Assembly: GCA_016788115.1 (NCBI GenBank) | Contig: JAEURR010000007.1 | Location: 152,488 to 216,487 of the forward strand | DNA: 64,000 nt | Source: Chthonomonas sp. | GTDB taxonomy: Bacteria; Armatimonadota; Fimbriimonadia; Fimbriimonadales; Fimbriimonadaceae | Direction of reading: 5' to 3' | In this document: in pieces, positions 55,947 to 64,000 of the stretch | How the letters are laid out: each line of letters opens with the position of its first letter | Position numbering within the stretch: position 1 is the first letter of the stretch | Made by a program: the position numbers and the translations under genes | The notes under the pieces: model-generated | Told to the model about the DNA's origin: nothing | The model's input: only the letters and a program-made list of their open reading frames with translations | The model's database searches: none

Positions 55947-57296
55947 TCAGTCGTCTTTCGACGTGCGGGCGCGGGGGATTATTTTGAGCGGTGTCCCGGG
56001 CAGCGGATAGACCTTCCGCAGGCAGTTCTCGATGTACCGCTGGTAAGAAAAGTGGAACAGATCGGGGTCGTTGCAAAAGAGCACAAACGTCGGCGGCCGG
56101 GTCGATACCTGAGTGGCAAAGTAGATGCGCAGTTGCTTTCCCTTGGACGTATAGGGCCTCTCGAACGTCGACTCTTGTATGATCCGATTCAGGTGTCCTG
56201 TGCCGATCCGGAAGTTCCAGCTATCCACCGCCATAAGCACGTGATCCAGGACCTTCTCCAACCCGGAAGACTCCTTGGCGCTGGTGAAGCACACCGGCGC
56301 ATATTTGACCTCAGGCACCTGGTCGTGAATGATCTTCAGAAAGTCCTTCTTGAGCGGCGATAACCGTCCGCCCGTCGCCTTCACGTCTTCTTTGAGATCC
56401 CACTTGTTGATTGCGATCACCAGAGCGCGGCCTTCATCGTGCGACAGCTTCATCGTGCGCTTGTCGCCGTCGGTCAGGCCCTCGCTGGCATCGACCAGCA
56501 CCAGCGCACACTCGGCGCGTTCGAGCGCTTGCGTTGCGCGCATGGCCATGTAGTACTCGACCGTGCCTTGGATCTTGCCTTTGCGCCGGAGCCCCGCCGT
56601 GTCGATGAGCCGGAATGGCTCGCCCTTGTACTGCACGAGAGTGTCGATCGCATCGCGCGTGGTGCCCGGAATATTGCTGACGATGCTGCGCTCTTCGCCA
56701 GTGAACGCATTCAAAATCGAGCTCTTCCCTACGTTCGGTCGTCCGACGATAGCGAGTCGAACCTCCTCTTTGACCATCGGCAGCGATTCGACCTTGGGTA
56801 AGTGCTCGCAGATCGCGTCCATGAGGTCGCTCACGCCGTGACCATTCAGGCCCGACACGGGGTACACGTTCTCAAACCCGAGCTCATAAAACTCGCTTGA
56901 AAAATCTGCACGCTTGCGGTTATCGGCCTTGTTCGCAAGCACGAAAACGGGCACCTTGATCATCCGCAGACGGTGGGCCAACTCCTGGTCGCCCGCACTC
57001 AGTCCCGAAACGATATCGACCATGAACAGCACGATGTCCGCTTCGACCAGAGCAACCTCGGCCTGTACGCGAATCTGCTCCACCAAGGGGTCTTCGTCGC
57101 CGAACAGAATTCCCCCCGTGTCGACGAACTGCATCTTGTATCCGTACCACTCGACTTCGTAGTACAGCCGGTCGCGCGTGATCCCCGGCGAGTCCTCGAC
57201 CACAGCAATACGTCGTCCCGCGATCCGATTATAGAAAGTGGATTTACCGACGTTGGGCCGGCCAACAATCACGACGACGGGGAGTTTTGCCTGCAT
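55947..57296 (-). CDS. der: Ribosome biogenesis GTPase Der (EngA)
   Basis: Two GTPase domains (GRPNVGKSTFYN; GRPNVGKSSILN; DTGG/DTAG; NKAD/NKWD) plus a KH-like C-terminus. ATG 57296 was chosen. Confidence 0.92.
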   Translation of the reverse strand: MQAKLPVVVIVGRPNVGKSTFYNRIAGRRIAVVEDSPGITRDRLYYEVEWYGYKMQFVDTGGILFGDEDPLVEQIRVQAEVALVEADIVLFMVDIVSGLSAGDQELAHRLRMIKVPVFVLANKADNRKRADFSSEFYELGFENVYPVSGLNGHGVSDLMDAICEHLPKVESLPMVKEEVRLAIVGRPNVGKSSILNAFTGEERSIVSNIPGTTRDAIDTLVQYKGEPFRLIDTAGLRRKGKIQGTVEYYMAMRATQALERAECALVLVDASEGLTDGDKRTMKLSHDEGRALVIAINKWDLKEDVKATGGRLSPLKKDFLKIIHDQVPEVKYAPVCFTSAKESSGLEKVLDHVLMAVDSWNFRIGTGHLNRIIQESTFERPYTSKGKQLRIYFATQVSTRPPTFVLFCNDPDLFHFSYQRYIENCLRKVYPLPGTPLKIIPRARTSKDD

Positions 57297-57348
57297 GGGG
57301 AACCGCCTAAAGGTACCCGAACCTCTGGTACGCTCACGAACTAACTTG

Positions 57349-57894
57349 ATGAAGTCCACCGGCATCTTCGCCTTTCTTGCGCTCACTTCTCGGGCTTTCG
57401 CCGAGACTGAACGGGTTATCAACCTCATCGGAGAGCGCTCTATGATCTTCCTCGGCTCCCAGGATCGCCGGTACGGAGGAGGGGTCTCCTATCAGCAGAT
57501 CCAGGACAAAAACTTCCTGCGTATGGGCCGCAATCGCGGCAAGCTGAACCTGGAAGGCTATGTCCTTCGCACTTGGACCGATTACAAGCCATGGGTTCCA
57601 GGCGACGCCAACTTCGACTTTGGAATCTTGGCCCAGGCACGCTACGAATTCAAAGCCAAGGGTCGGATCGGTGTCTTCGTCGAGGGCGGCTGGGGGCTTC
57701 ACTTTTCTGACCAGAAGAGTTACGATCTCGACTCGCAGCTCAGCTCCAGCCCGACAATCGGCATGGGGGTGATCCTCAAAGAACGTAACCCAATCACGAT
57801 CACCACACGGTTGATGCACATCTCCAATGCAGGTCTGAAGGGCCACAACAAGGGCCAAAACCAGTTGTGGATCATGCTCGGCTTCCGGCTGTAA
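57349..57894 (+). CDS. Acyloxyacyl hydrolase / PagL-like lipid A deacylase outer-membrane protein
   Basis: Signal peptide MKSTGIFAFLALTSRAFA, beta-barrel-like sequence, an HISNAG motif (catalytic His/Ser region of the PagL family) and a C-terminal MLGFRL. Confidence 0.68.
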   Translation: MKSTGIFAFLALTSRAFAETERVINLIGERSMIFLGSQDRRYGGGVSYQQIQDKNFLRMGRNRGKLNLEGYVLRTWTDYKPWVPGDANFDFGILAQARYEFKAKGRIGVFVEGGWGLHFSDQKSYDLDSQLSSSPTIGMGVILKERNPITITTRLMHISNAGLKGHNKGQNQLWIMLGFRL

Positions 57895-57901
57895 CAAAAA
57901 C

Positions 57902-57931
57902 GAGCAGCCGAGCCTGCTGGCTCGGCTGCTC
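57902..57931. terminator. Bidirectional hairpin terminator between convergent genes
   Basis: GAGCAGCCGAGCC-TGCT-GGCTCGGCTGCTC, a perfect 13-bp stem. Confidence 0.62.
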
Positions 57932-57954
57932 TGCAGATCGCTCTTGAGTGAGCG

Positions 57955-58719
57955 CTATTCTTTCGACTCTTCCGATCCAGCCTTAACGCGCTCTGCGGTC
58001 ACCTTCATCTCGAACGGAAGTGCCTCGCCGCCAAACGGGACGTTCTTGATCGTGGCATCACCCTTGACCATGGTGCCGTCGGCGACATCAATCCACACGA
58101 AACCCTCAGCCGAAACGGGGTCCTCGCCCTCAGTCTCCTTCGCGACAAACTTCAGTTTGGCTACTGTCATGCCGTCCATCTTTTCCGTGGACACGAGTTC
58201 GTAGTTGTACGTGACGTCCTTGGTGCTGAGCTTGTCGTTCGACTTGAGCTCATACTCCCATTTGTCGCCGACTTTGACCTCTTTCTCTGGGTAGATCAGA
58301 GACAGCACCGAAGCCATCCGATTCGAATCCTCATCGACGTCGTCTTCGCTCTCGACATCCTGAGCCTTCCAGTTGCCACGCGGCCCATAGTGGTTGGTCT
58401 CGGGATCACCCGGATCCATCTCTTCCTCTTCGCCGCCGAAAGAAGACTTGCCGCCCGTGAGCGTGCTCGTGGTCGTATGCGATCCGTCCTTCTCAAGCTT
58501 CGTAAGCTTCTCTTCGACAATAGACTCGAACCGCAGTTCTTCGCCCTCCAGATCCGCCACCGCCACGATCTTCATCGTGTAGCTGGAACCGACCTTGCCG
58601 CCCCGGCGCAGCTTGAATGTAGCATCCCCTGCGGTAGCCACCGAAGAAGCGAGTAGTGCGACGGTAGCAACAATCGCAATCGCGGACGAACGAACGATTT
58701 GATGAGAGCGCATGATCAT
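57955..58719 (-). CDS. Secreted hypothetical protein (acidic)
   Basis: Signal/anchor SSAIAIVATVALLASSVATAGD and a long ORF with coding-like composition. No motif recognised. Confidence 0.55.
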   Translation of the reverse strand: MIMRSHQIVRSSAIAIVATVALLASSVATAGDATFKLRRGGKVGSSYTMKIVAVADLEGEELRFESIVEEKLTKLEKDGSHTTTSTLTGGKSSFGGEEEEMDPGDPETNHYGPRGNWKAQDVESEDDVDEDSNRMASVLSLIYPEKEVKVGDKWEYELKSNDKLSTKDVTYNYELVSTEKMDGMTVAKLKFVAKETEGEDPVSAEGFVWIDVADGTMVKGDATIKNVPFGGEALPFEMKVTAERVKAGSEESKE

Positions 58720-58779
58720 AGCTTACGTAAGGACGGCCCAAAACTGGAGAGTATTCAGCAAGATTCGCAGATCTTTCGC

Positions 58780-61700
58780 TTAAGTGAGACCTAATGCTGC
58801 ACGGTGCCGTTCAATTTCTTCCCGCTTGGCGACGAAAGTCTCCTGCATCTTTTCGCATGCGGCGATGGGGTCGCCGACAAATGTCCACACCATTTGTCCT
58901 CGGGCGAGGAAGCAACCCTTGTGCGCGGAATTCAGCAGGCTCAAAAGCCGCGGATTGAACTCTATGCTGTCATCGAAGTCCACTACCAACCGGCCTCCGT
59001 GCCCATCGATTTTCCTCATCCCAATCTCGGACGCTCGGATGCGGCAGCGCATCACGCGGAAGGCGCTGAGGATGGCCGAAGGGGGCGAGCCGTAGCGGTC
59101 AACAATCTCAGCCTCGGTCGAACGCAGTGAGGCTTCATCGCGTGCCGACATCATGGTCTTGTAGTAGTACAGCCGTTGCGCCTGCTCCGGCACGTAGTGC
59201 TCAGGGATCAGTGCTTCGACGGGTAGATCGACCGTCGGTAGCGGCAGAAGTCCCTGGAGTGGGTCGTTGTAAGTGGGCGAGTCGTCGCCGTCCGCATGCG
59301 ACTTGAGGAACTGAATCTCTTCGCCGATGATCTGCGCGAACAGTTCGTAGCCCACGGTGGCCATGGTGCCGCTTTGCTTCGCGCCGAGCAATTCACCCGC
59401 CCCGCGGATCTGCAAGTCACGAAACGCCAGCGAGTAGCCCGAACCCAGCGAGCTGAACTCCTGCAGCGATTGCAGCCGGGCGAGCGCGTTTTCTGTCAGT
59501 CCGGCTTCGTTTTGGTAAAGCAGGTACGCATACGCTTGTCGGTCGCTGCGTCCGACGCGACCACGAAGCTGATACAGCTGCGATAGCCCCAATCGGTCCG
59601 CGTTTTCGATGATCATCGTGTTCGCGTTCGAGATGTCCAGGCCGTTCTCGATGATCGTCGTGGAAAGCAAGATGTCGAGTTCACCCTTGATGAAGGCGAG
59701 CATAACGGGCTCAAGCTCCTTCTCCGACATCTGGCCGTGGCCCACGCCGATCCGCGCCATGGGTACCAGCTTCTTCAGTTTCTCGGCGGTGTGATATATC
59801 CCCGTGACCCGGTTGTAGACGTAATACACCTGGCCACCGCGCGCCAGCTCACGCAAGATCGCCTCACGGACAACTTCCTGCGAGTAGTTGCGGACGAACG
59901 TACGAATGGGGAGGCGGCCCGGAGGGGGATCGTTGATGAGCGACATCTGCCGGATGTCCATCAGAGCCATGCTGAGGGTACGAGGAATCGGCGTGGCCGA
60001 CATGCTCAGGACGTCCACTGAACTCCGGAGTTTCTTGAGCATCTCCTTCTGCTTGACGCCGAACTTGTGCTCTTCGTCGATGATCACCAGGCCGAGATCC
60101 TTAAAGTGAAGATCGCTGCTGAGGAGCGCATGGGTGCCGATGAGGATGTCCACCTCGCCCGCTTCGACTTGCGCCACGATCTCTCTCCGCTCGGCGGCGG
60201 TCCGGAAGCGATTCAAAAAGTCGAGCCGTGTCGGAAATGCGCCGAGACGCTCGGCAAACGTTCGATAGTGCTGCTCGCTGAGAATTGTAGTGGGACAGAG
60301 GACGACGACCTGCTTCCCCGCTTGCGCGACTTTGAATGCGGCGCGGATGGCGACTTCGGTTTTCCCGAATCCAACATCGCCGCACACCAGCCGGTCCATG
60401 GGATAGGTCGTCTGGAGGTCACGCTTGACCTCCTTGATCGCCTCCATCTGGCTGGGGGTCTCCATCCAGGGAAAGGTCGCTTCCATCTCCGCCTGCCACG
60501 GACTGTCCGGACCCAGCGTCGGGCGCTCGGCTCGCTTGCGGTGCGCGTAGAGCCGAATCAGATCCCGGGCGAACTCCCGGGCCTCTTCCCGGGCTTTTCC
60601 CACGGCACGCTGCCATTCACCGTTATGTAATCGATTGATTTTGGGTTCGGTGTCGCCCGGCGTGAGGTACTTCTGTACCCGGTCTAGTTGATCGGCAGGG
60701 ACAAACAGCTTGTCGGGCCCACCGTATTGGATGTAGAGGCACTCCTTCTCGACTTCGCCGATGGTACGTCGGACGAGCCCTTGGAAGACGCCAATGCCAT
60801 AGTTGATGTGGACGACGTAGTCGCCCGGCTTGAGATCGAGGACGGTCGCGATGGGTGCGCCCTCGTTGAATTTTCTTTGCGGAAGCTTTAACCGCCCGAC
60901 TCCGAACAGCTCGTGATCGGTGATGACCGCGAGCTTCATTTCGGGACAACTAAATCCACCCGCCAGATTGCCCTGCGCCAGGTAAAGACCAGGCTTTTCG
61001 AGGTCAACAACCTCTTCTTGAGGGAAGAGTTCGATCTGGCTGAGCACCGATTTGGCGCGCGTCGGTTGGTCGGTAGCCATCACCGTGATGAAACCGGCGT
61101 CTTGCCAGGTCTTCATCGTCTGAGCGAGGGCTTCGGGGCGTCCGCGATACGCTTCGAGCGAGGCCGCGTGAACTTCTACTCTCTCGCCGTGCCCAAACCA
61201 TGCTGGTGGATCGCCGATGCCAAGCAGCGCCACGCGCCGCTCCGGATAGCCGAGGTGGTCGATATCGACGAGGAAATCGCCCGTAACCGCTTCTAGGATC
61301 TCGCCGCGAGCCTGGCGAGCCGAGAGCGCCTGGGCAAGCTCTTCTCGCGACTTTTCAGCGATGATCTCAAGCTCCGTGGGCTCATCGAGGATCAGTAAGC
61401 CGTCTTTCGGCAGCAAATCGGCGGCGCATCCAGAGTCGGGGTGCAGGAGCGGGCGGTATAGATCGAGCCGATCGAAGAAAGTCCCAAGCCGAATCGCTTG
61501 AACGTCGCCCGAGACCCGCTCTTCGAGTTCGCGCTGGTAGTCCGTGCTCAGCGAGGCGGCCTCGATCCGCAGCGTCCGGTCAATCATCTCCGCCAAGCTC
61601 TCGCGTGCGGCGAGCACGTCTTCAGGCAGTTCGGAATCGGAGAAGTGGTAGAGCGTTTCGCGAGTTGGGATGAGGGTCAGCTGCTTGACTGCCGCGAGCG

Positions 61701-62340
61701 AGCGCTGGGTGCCTGGATCGAACGAACGAATGCCGTCAATGTCGTCCCCGAAGAACTCCATTCTGATCGGCAGATCGGCTCCGATCGCGAAGACATCGAG
61801 GATCCCACCACGTTGGGAGTATTGTCCCGGGACGCGGACCGGCTCGGCTGCCTCGTAGCCCATTGCAAGCAGCGCGCGCAGCAACTGCTCGATCTCAATC
61901 GTGTCCCCTTTCTTCAGGGTGAGGAAGGTCGATTCTAGGACTTCAATTGGGAGCGTGCGTTCGAGCACCGCTTGGGGAGTCCCGATGACAAACCCCGGGC
62001 CGGGCTCGATCAAGAAGCGTAGTGCGCCGATCCGGTCGCTGAGTGCGACCGCCTCGGGAGGCGAGTCGTCGTACAGGGTCGAGGTGCCCGAAGGGAGCTG
62101 GCGGATCTGCGATTCAGGCACGCCGCACAACTGGAGCTTGGCCTGCCATTGCAGCGCACGATCGTAGTTCGCAACGACGATTAGCGACTTGCACGGGCGG
62201 GCATGGTGCGCCGCGGAGACAAAGAAGGGCCTGGACTCGAGCGCAAGGGTGGGCCAGAGGGCCACGGCATCGAGACTAGAGAGGAGGCTTTGAAGCGCGG
62301 GGTGGGCAGCCACGTCAGACGCCCATCGGGAAATCCGCAT
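58780..62340 (-). CDS. mfd: Transcription-repair coupling factor
   Basis: A UvrB-homology N-terminus, an RNAP-interaction domain (GDYVVHINYGIG), superfamily-2 helicase motifs (GDVGFGKTEVA, DEEHKFGV, SATPIPRT, QLRGRVGR) and a TRCF C-terminus. ATG 62340 was preferred over TTG 62373. Confidence 0.93.
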   Translation of the reverse strand: MRISRWASDVAAHPALQSLLSSLDAVALWPTLALESRPFFVSAAHHARPCKSLIVVANYDRALQWQAKLQLCGVPESQIRQLPSGTSTLYDDSPPEAVALSDRIGALRFLIEPGPGFVIGTPQAVLERTLPIEVLESTFLTLKKGDTIEIEQLLRALLAMGYEAAEPVRVPGQYSQRGGILDVFAIGADLPIRMEFFGDDIDGIRSFDPGTQRSLAAVKQLTLIPTRETLYHFSDSELPEDVLAARESLAEMIDRTLRIEAASLSTDYQRELEERVSGDVQAIRLGTFFDRLDLYRPLLHPDSGCAADLLPKDGLLILDEPTELEIIAEKSREELAQALSARQARGEILEAVTGDFLVDIDHLGYPERRVALLGIGDPPAWFGHGERVEVHAASLEAYRGRPEALAQTMKTWQDAGFITVMATDQPTRAKSVLSQIELFPQEEVVDLEKPGLYLAQGNLAGGFSCPEMKLAVITDHELFGVGRLKLPQRKFNEGAPIATVLDLKPGDYVVHINYGIGVFQGLVRRTIGEVEKECLYIQYGGPDKLFVPADQLDRVQKYLTPGDTEPKINRLHNGEWQRAVGKAREEAREFARDLIRLYAHRKRAERPTLGPDSPWQAEMEATFPWMETPSQMEAIKEVKRDLQTTYPMDRLVCGDVGFGKTEVAIRAAFKVAQAGKQVVVLCPTTILSEQHYRTFAERLGAFPTRLDFLNRFRTAAERREIVAQVEAGEVDILIGTHALLSSDLHFKDLGLVIIDEEHKFGVKQKEMLKKLRSSVDVLSMSATPIPRTLSMALMDIRQMSLINDPPPGRLPIRTFVRNYSQEVVREAILRELARGGQVYYVYNRVTGIYHTAEKLKKLVPMARIGVGHGQMSEKELEPVMLAFIKGELDILLSTTIIENGLDISNANTMIIENADRLGLSQLYQLRGRVGRSDRQAYAYLLYQNEAGLTENALARLQSLQEFSSLGSGYSLAFRDLQIRGAGELLGAKQSGTMATVGYELFAQIIGEEIQFLKSHADGDDSPTYNDPLQGLLPLPTVDLPVEALIPEHYVPEQAQRLYYYKTMMSARDEASLRSTEAEIVDRYGSPPSAILSAFRVMRCRIRASEIGMRKIDGHGGRLVVDFDDSIEFNPRLLSLLNSAHKGCFLARGQMVWTFVGDPIAACEKMQETFVAKREEIERHRAALGLT

Positions 62341-62392
62341 ACCGGCGCAGTCTACCGGCAAACTCGTCGACAAGTTGGGGTTAGACTGAGCT

Positions 62393-62704
62393 ATGGAACT
62401 CAGCTATACACTCCTCTCTGAGGCACAGCTTCGCGATGCCCTGCCCGCGCTCTCCCTCTGGACCGTTACCGACGCCAAGCTGGAGCGTGTGGTGAAGCTT
62501 GACCACTATCTTGAGGCCTTCCCGCTGGCTGCGCGCATCGGCGAACTTGCAGAGGAGCTAAATCACCACCCAGACCTCCTCATTGGCTACCAAAAGCTGA
62601 CGATTCGTACCGAGACCCATGACGCGGGAGGGCTCACCAGCTACGACTTTGAGCTGGCTCGGCGAATCGAATCCTATATCACTCAATCTTCGACTCGTCC
62701 ATAA
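62393..62704 (+). CDS. 4a-hydroxytetrahydrobiopterin dehydratase (PCD/DCoH family)
   Basis: 103 aa, with ELNHHPDL and TH motifs typical of pterin-4a-carbinolamine dehydratases. Confidence 0.85.
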   Translation: MELSYTLLSEAQLRDALPALSLWTVTDAKLERVVKLDHYLEAFPLAARIGELAEELNHHPDLLIGYQKLTIRTETHDAGGLTSYDFELARRIESYITQSSTRP

Positions 62705-62867
62705 AATCATTACATGGGGCACGCCCGTGGTATGAATCGGGTTTAATCAGGTTCAGAGCTTCGCTGTTATATCGTTGTGGCAATGTGGGCGATCTGTTGG
62801 AACAATTTATTGCTTGGTTCGATCAATAGGATGGATCGCAAAGGTCAGATTCTATCGAGGGGAATGC

Positions 62868-63446
62868 GTGGAATACTTCAAGAAACAACTATCTGCACGA
62901 GAACTTGATGTACTTCGACTTTCCTCAGAGGGACTAACCGATAAAGAGGTTGCGACAAAGCTCAGTGTCTCCCTTGGCACCATCCACACTTACTGGACTC
63001 GGGTTCGGTCAAAGTGCAATGGCCGCACCCGTGCAGAAATTGTTAGCAGATACACCCGTGAGCTGGTGGGCAGTTCTAACGGAACGCACGCAGGCGTGCA
63101 CGCATCGATTCTTGATGCCATTCCGCTGGGGGTGATCGAAGTCGATGCAGATCTTGCAATCGGATTGATGAACGCTACATCCCGCGAGCTGTTGAGCGTT
63201 AACGGTGCCGAGGCACCCCTCTCGCTCAATCACCTTCCCGTTTCCGCCCAGGACCGCACGGAGATCCTCCAGATCACAGAAGCCGTGATTCTAGGCAAGC
63301 GCGTTAGGTCGGGGCTCACCTCCCGAGGGACGAGGCTCGATGTTGTGCCGGTTCTCGATGGATCGAGAGCGGTCGGAGCGATCATTACGATTACTCCTTC
63401 CATTCAACGAGTCGCGGCTATCTGGTCCTCTGTTTCATCTAGCTAG
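62868..63446 (+). CDS. LuxR/GerE-type HTH protein with a C-terminal PAS-like domain
   Basis: Carries LSARELDVLRLSSEGLTDKEVATKLSVSLGTIHTYWTRVRSK at the N-terminus, followed by ILDAIPLGVIEVDADLAIGLMNATSRELL. GTG 62868 (GAGGGG upstream) is proposed; the track start is 62775. Confidence 0.62.
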   Translation: MEYFKKQLSARELDVLRLSSEGLTDKEVATKLSVSLGTIHTYWTRVRSKCNGRTRAEIVSRYTRELVGSSNGTHAGVHASILDAIPLGVIEVDADLAIGLMNATSRELLSVNGAEAPLSLNHLPVSAQDRTEILQITEAVILGKRVRSGLTSRGTRLDVVPVLDGSRAVGAIITITPSIQRVAAIWSSVSSS

Positions 63447-64000
63447 GCTTTGCGATATCGTTCCAGCAACTGCGGCCAACTCTCTTCCTCTATCGCGCAA
63501 CGGATCTCGTCTATGAGTCGTGCATAGAATGCCATATTATGCAGCGTCGCCAATCGCGCTCCTAGGCTCTCTTCAGCCTTAAAGAGATGACGTATGTATG
63601 CGGGTGAATAACGCCTTAAGGGTTCGAACACGCAGTCTTCATCGTACCAATCCTTCTGCTCCGCCCACTTCGCCGCGGCGACATTGATTCTGCCGCCTAG
63701 CGTATAGATACAGTGGTGTCTTGCCATCCGTGTGGGCAACACACAATCGAACATGTCGATCCCGTGAGATGCAGCGTGCAGAATATCTTTAGGGTGACCA
63801 ACGCCCATCAGATAGCGAGCTTTGTTTTGCGGCAGCAATGGCGCAGTTAGCTGCACAACGGGATACTGCATTTCTGTGGGTTCACCGACACTAACTCCAC
63901 CCACGGCAAACCCAGCAAACGGCAACTCACTTAGGAAGGCCGCAGACTCTCGCCGGAGATCTTCATGGACGCCGCCCTGGACGATGCCGAAGACCGCCTG
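63443..64000 (-). CDS. tgt: tRNA-guanine transglycosylase (queuine tRNA-ribosyltransferase), C-terminal part, continues past the window
   Basis: Carries VFGIVQGGVHEDLR ... FAGFAVGGVSVGEP ... RYLMGVGHP ... GIDMFDCVLPTR. The frame stays open to position 64000. Confidence 0.9.
   Translation of the reverse strand, partial: QAVFGIVQGGVHEDLRRESAAFLSELPFAGFAVGGVSVGEPTEMQYPVVQLTAPLLPQNKARYLMGVGHPKDILHAASHGIDMFDCVLPTRMARHHCIYTLGGRINVAAAKWAEQKDWYDEDCVFEPLRRYSPAYIRHLFKAEESLGARLATLHNMAFYARLIDEIRCAIEEESWPQLLERYRKA

Overview
Gene-dense, high-GC bacterial chromosomal window with visibly AT-richer intergenic and accessory patches. The taxon cannot be settled from sequence alone. The many prepilin-type (DUF1559-like) proteins with [25 protein letters not shown]-termini, the PEP-CTERM proteins and the LPS-related genes (GT9 heptosyltransferase, PagL-like deacylase, Lnt-like) suggest a diderm of the Armatimonadota, Planctomycetota or Verrucomicrobiota type. 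Housekeeping content: nuoD; nuoE-nuoF; a menaquinone/prenyl pair (ubiE/menG-like plus polyprenyl synthase); a dnaG-sigma70 cluster; trxA; murJ; pheT; tRNA-Gln(CUG); a monocistronic groEL with CIRCE operator(s); gyrA; der; mfd; a pterin dehydratase; partial tgt. Accessory content and main points of interest: (1) At 10.1-12.5 kb a compact, AT-richer restriction-modification cassette (PD-(D/E)XK nuclease candidate plus SPPY methyltransferase) sits where the catalytic core of a resident methyltransferase/Mrr-like fusion gene should be. That resident gene survives only as N- and C-terminal remnants, and the C-terminal remnant is also frameshifted. (2) Six paralogous DUF1559-like pseudopilin genes plus one smaller pilin-like gene. 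Three of the six are each followed within 3-7 nt by a tiny lipobox ORF encoding a low-complexity tail, a recurring two-gene cassette. (3) A three-gene unit joined by two GTGA start/stop overlaps: polytopic membrane protein, thioester (CVEQ) alpha-2-macroglobulin, VanW-domain protein. No PBP1c-type partner is present. (4) An OMP-like/Ig-repeat lipoprotein pair, several candidate operators, and two unusually long AT-rich spacers. No rRNA, CRISPR array, transposase or integrase was recognised.
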